From: Antechinus flavipes
Taxonomy: Eukaryota
Assembly: GCF_016432865.1 (NCBI RefSeq)
Contig: NC_067403.1
Coordinates: forward strand, 181,288,001-181,352,000
Direction of reading: 5' to 3'
DNA: 64,000 nucleotides
The translations under genes and the position numbers were made by a program. Numbering within the stretch: position 1 is the stretch's first letter; every line of letters begins with the position of its first letter. The notes beneath the pieces were generated by a model that worked only from the letters and a program-made list of their open reading frames with translations, did no database searches and had not been told where the DNA came from. Shown here piece after piece: positions 1 to 64,000 of the stretch.

Positions 1-213
1 CAGCTGCTCTACAAGTGTATCAGAAAGCAGCTGTCAGTCTGCATTGGTAGAAGAATTTCTTTATGCTAATGAAATCACAGGTGCATTAAAAGAAAAATGA
101 AATTTGATTATAAACCAAGTGCTGACAAAGCACTTACTATGTGGCAGGTGCTTAAGTAACAGGGGAAGGTGAAATAGTTCCTGCCCTTGGGAAGATTATA
201 CTCTAATAGGGAA

Positions 214-218
<5 letters not shown>

Positions 219-286
<68 letters not shown>
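219..286. repeat. (GT)34 microsatellite
   Basis: Read directly; explains the poly-TH and poly-CV ORFs. Confidence 0.98.
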
Positions 287-288
<2 letters not shown>

Positions 289-945
289 AAATACATGCTA
301 AACAGAAAACTTGTAAAGGTAGAGAGGGGATTGGGGAAAGTGGGAATAGCCATTAGAGAGAAATTGTGTTTGAGCTGAATTGCAAAAGAAGCTAGGGATT
401 TAAAGCTGCAAGCACAAGGAAGGAGTGCATTCCAGGCCTAGGGGGACAATCTGTGTTAAGGCATAAAGACAAAAGATGAAATGTTGCATGGGACAAATAC
501 TGAACAGTCCAGTTTGGCTGGACCATGGAAGGGAAAAGTAGGAAGAAGAACTTTCACTACCAGACAGGGCAGTTTCTATTGAATAGTAGAGGTAATAAAT
601 AGGGAGCCACTGAAGTTTATTGAGTAGGAGGGGAATGTGGTTAGCACTGTGCTTTGAGAACCATGTTGATTTCTCCCCTTTAATTAGGGGCTATTGGCAA
701 GGATCTCTTTCAGCACCAAATTAAAGAACTAGTTTTTAAAAGGTCTGTAAAAATTAAAAGTCTTGCAGAACCAGTGAAAAGAATGAAGTTATTGTGGTTA
801 GTTTGCCCAAGCTTTGATCTGACATCTTAATTCCCTTGAAAGCTCTTTCCCCTTTCCTTCTCCTCCTCCCCATCCTTCTCATGTTCCCAAACCCACATGC
901 TTGGAGGTTTATTTCATAACTTAACTGTGGCTTTCTCCCTCCCAG

Positions 946-60932
<59,987 letters not shown>

Positions 60933-62221
60933 AGAGTTCAGCACTGAGAGCTTCAAGAGAAAAGAACATTGGGCTTGTGTGGCATTTGAACTGAACAGCT
61001 AGTCCAGTTTAAACCTGTGGCCAATCCATGCACACTTTCCTGCTTGGTGTTGTGATTTTAATTTTAAACAACTGAATGTAGGCTGTATATGCATTACTTT
61101 TGTTTGCGTTTTCTTATGCACAAAAAAAGGTGAAATCACATCAAACTGAGACAAATTTTACAAGTCACTGACGATGTTGGGGATGTTGGCAATTTCAGGA
61201 ATGCCTTCATTTCAGCACTGACTACAGAAACTGGCGTGAGTTTTCCAATTTGTCTCACCTTGGTAGAGTGAATTCTCTATTTTGCCATTTGATAATCTGG
61301 GCCTTATTTATGATTTCATTTTATTCCAGAGCATTTTCCTCAAGATGAACAAGATATGACAGTTCAGGCCTTATTTCTGTATAATTCAAAATTTAGATTT
61401 TAGAGTGGCTTTTTATATTTAAAAATCACCAATTCTTAAGTGTCAATGTGACTTTGATTCAAAGTACATAAAAGTATTCTGCTTGAATAGAGAAAACAAT
61501 CTACTTTTTCCTTACTACTCCCAAATATGGCATGGCAGAAAAGACAATTAAACCTGAAAGCAGGAGTAGGCATTCAAGCCCAGCTTCTGGCACATCCTGG
61601 CTGTCAGATCCTAAGGCAAGCCCCTTCCTTTGTTAGTACTCTAGGTAAATTCCCAAGAAGTTGCCAACCTATACATATTGGTAGAAATCATTTCCTAACT
61701 TGAGATTTCCTTAAACCAATGAAGTCAAAGATCCACATCCCTAGTATTCAAGGTCATTCTATATTTTCCCACTAATACATGGAGAGGGGGGAAAATGATG
61801 GAAAGCAGATCTGTGTAAAATGCAGAACTGTGAAGAAAGAGGATCTTAGCCTCAAGACCTGCTGTTCAACTCTATTCCACATTTCTTGCTGAAGATTCTT
61901 GTAAATGTGTCCGTTCAACCATTTGTCAAGTCATGGCAATTCCTCAGAGAAAATGCATTTAAACTTCCAGCCAGCCCACCCCCAGAAAGGAGCTGTTCAA
62001 AATCACAGTGAGAGCCACAATGCAATTCCTTGTCCTTATATCTGAAGTATTTGTAATGTAGACTTGAATTTAGTTCTTACAATATCTCTCTAGGTAACAG
62101 AATTTTTCCTTAGTGCAATATTCCTTAACTGTCTCGTGAAACCTGATGATCAAAGGGTTGTGACTAAGGGTCTTCAAAAGAACATACTGTTGTTGGTGTC
62201 ATTCGTTCTAAAATATTACAT

Positions 62222-62227
62222 ATTAAA
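62222..62227 (+). terminator. Candidate PRSS12 polyadenylation signal (ATTAAA)
   Basis: ATTAAA followed by T/GT-rich sequence at the end of a ~1.3-kb largely repeat-poor stretch after the stop. Alternative AATAAA at 62713-62718. Confidence 0.3.
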
Positions 62228-62841
62228 TTTTGTATCAGAAATATTTGGGAGTAGCCCTTTTCACCATGTAGAAGGGTAATTTACTCTATTTTGACTAAAA
62301 GTTTTCCTGACTTTTGACCACCTGAGGTATAGTGTGGAAAGCTCCTCATCTATTTATATATATAAGTAGGACATCAAGTAACTAGGGGAAAAATTGAATT
62401 TGGAGTCAAGAGGACCTGTGTTCTTGTTCAGGTTCTACTGGGTTCACTCCTTATGGGCAATTTCAACAGTCTCTCCTCTAAAAATTTGGGGATGTAGGGG
62501 AAGAGAGAGAAGGGAGGGCGGACTTGGACTAGACAACCTCTACATCCTTTATTGCTCTAAAACTAATCTTTTGATTAAGAGTGAAAATATTTCATTTTGA
62601 AAACAACTTTTTACTTATAAAATCGTTACAAATTTCAGAAGTATTTAAGTCAAAATGTATGTCCCTTTACATTATTCACTGACAATCATTAGGAAAGAAT
62701 CCACAATTGAAGAATAAAGTACAGTACTTGTTAAGCAGGCACTAGAGTGCCCTGATGAATGCTGTGGAAGCTACAAAATGTATATGACATCCCTTTCATG
62801 AAGCTTACAGTCTAATAAGGATATTGAGAAATCTTTCAACC

Positions 62842-63174
62842 TGAAGTCCAGAAGAGTTCAGGGAGAATCTCATTTCCCTGCTGGGTCCACAGACTGAGTA
62901 ACTTCAGGGACCAGCTGAAAAAGTTAAGTTTATTCAAAGCTAAGTAGGGGAGCAACTGTCTAGAAAATGACTCTTCAAACAAGGGTTTTTTTTTTTTAAA
63001 TAGCCCTTGTTCTATAGCACATATAGGGTTCAGCACCATAGCAGAGATGACAGCCAATAGGCAGCATACTCCAAGAAACAGAAACCAATTTGAGTTTGTT
63101 CTAAGGCTATCCACATTAAGGCACTCCCTAGGGCTCTCCCTGGAAGGTATGGCACTCATTTATATCCAGCACCA
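62842..63174 (-). mobile_element. Putative 3' LTR of the env-bearing provirus
   Basis: On the - strand: purine-rich AAAGGAACTTGGGGGAAA (63192-63175), then TG (63174), TATA-like CTATTTAAA (63003-62995), AATAAA (62934-62929) and ...CTTCA at 62842; 333 bp. No second LTR in the window for comparison. Confidence 0.5.
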
Positions 63175-63212
63175 TTTCCCCCAAGTTCCTTTGGAGTCTT
63201 GCCAAGTCAGGG

Positions 63213-64000
63213 CTACTCAGGGTCAGTGTTCATTAAGTTTTTCAACTTGGTAACATTCTGACTTATCTGATTCTTTTTATCGACATAGAAACAACACATG
63301 GTGTTGATAAATGCACAAACTCCTCCTTGTTGCGCTCGTTTCATATCTAATGCCATTCGGCTCTGAACCACCACCTGAGAAAGGGGGTCTACCTCTAGGC
63401 GAAGGTTGGAAATGGCATCTAGAGTGGCACTAAAACCTTCTTCCACAGCCGCAGACATATTCACTATTGCCTTCTCAATTTCCAAAATCCCAAGCCATGG
63501 GAACAAAGCTCGGGCAAAAGCATGGAATCCTGACGGTTTCTCAGCCAATGGATTAGTGGTACGTTTGTGAAATCGATTAATGAAGCTCCCGGAGTTGGAG
63601 ATAGATGTAGAGGTCAAAGTTTTATGTATCTGCAGATCAGGGACTAGATAGGCTATGGTGCATGTTCCTCCCCACCCTGGAGGTAAAGCCTTATAAGCAT
63701 AATCACCACATATGAAATAAAGCCCTGGCATGTGTGCAAGGGATAGAGTGAGTCTATTACCAGAATACTGAGCCCAAGTGGAATTGGGTGACCACCGTTC
63801 TTTCCCGTGTATCATCAAAGTACCTGTTTCAAAGTACCAAGGGCATCGCTTCTCAAAATTCTTCCACAAACGGGTCAAATGATGCCAAGAGGTGTCATTA
63901 TAGGCACAAAATATGGACTCAAATATCTGGTATAAAAGTGTGAAATTGACAAAAGATCCTTCACCAGGGCAACTTGACATATTAAAGCTTGTGTGGACAA
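63213..64000 (-). CDS. Endogenous retrovirus envelope ORF (class I / gamma-type TM), 5'-partial, ends before a transmembrane anchor
   Basis: SU C-terminal motif GLYFICGDYAYKALPPGWGGTC. Basic cleavage region RFHKR (63561-63575). Fusion-peptide-like FHAFARALFPWLGI, heptad region, ISD-like LSQVVVQSRMALDM and CX6CC (CAFINTMCC, 63291-63317). Five N-x-S/T sequons. The frame is open beyond the Met at 63980 to the edge (..VHTSFN-MSS). Confidence 0.92.
   Translation of the reverse strand, partial: VHTSFNMSSCPGEGSFVNFTLLYQIFESIFCAYNDTSWHHLTRLWKNFEKRCPWYFETGTLMIHGKERWSPNSTWAQYSGNRLTLSLAHMPGLYFICGDYAYKALPPGWGGTCTIAYLVPDLQIHKTLTSTSISNSGSFINRFHKRTTNPLAEKPSGFHAFARALFPWLGILEIEKAIVNMSAAVEEGFSATLDAISNLRLEVDPLSQVVVQSRMALDMKRAQQGGVCAFINTMCCFYVDKKNQISQNVTKLKNLMNTDPE

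Noticed and set aside
108-378. ORFs with poly-TH and poly-CV tracts
   Set aside because: They are translations of the (GT)34 microsatellite inside an L2 fragment.
61775-61784. ATACATGGAG, resembling the reverse complement of the SNORA24 5' end as recalled
   Set aside because: The adjacent sequence does not continue the match and no H/ACA hairpin pair is evident; a 10-mer coincidence.
62836-63159. 107-aa ORF with a hydrophobic stretch downstream of env, as a separate gene
   Set aside because: It overlaps the putative LTR and crosses an A12 run. It is kept only as an alternative explanation (frameshifted anchor remnant).

Overview
AT-rich, repeat-dense mammalian genomic DNA. The repeat content (tRNA-derived CORE-SINEs of MAR1/WSINE type, RTE LINE, marsupial-type L1 3' ends, L2, MIR, L3/CR1) points to a marsupial, probably a dasyurid; the species is inferred, not shown. 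The + strand carries 11 coding exons of neurotrypsin (PRSS12), equivalent to exons 3-13, at 946-60932. All have AG/GT boundaries and compatible phases and join into 663 codons including the stop: end of SRCR1, SRCR2-4, the RRQKR|IIGG activation site and an intact His/Asp/Ser trypsin-like domain. Exons 1-2 lie left of the window. About 2 kb past the stop, on the - strand, is the 3' end of an endogenous retrovirus: an env frame of at least 261 codons, open to the window edge, that stops before any membrane anchor and is followed by a PPT-like tract and a putative 333-bp LTR. The best leads are this anchor-less env (a possible captured, secreted Env), a candidate in-frame 42-nt polybasic cassette exon in intron 11, a diverged SRCR1 exon with a very weak donor, and two local non-tandem duplications. 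Comparisons with human and mouse proteins are from recall and need a real alignment.
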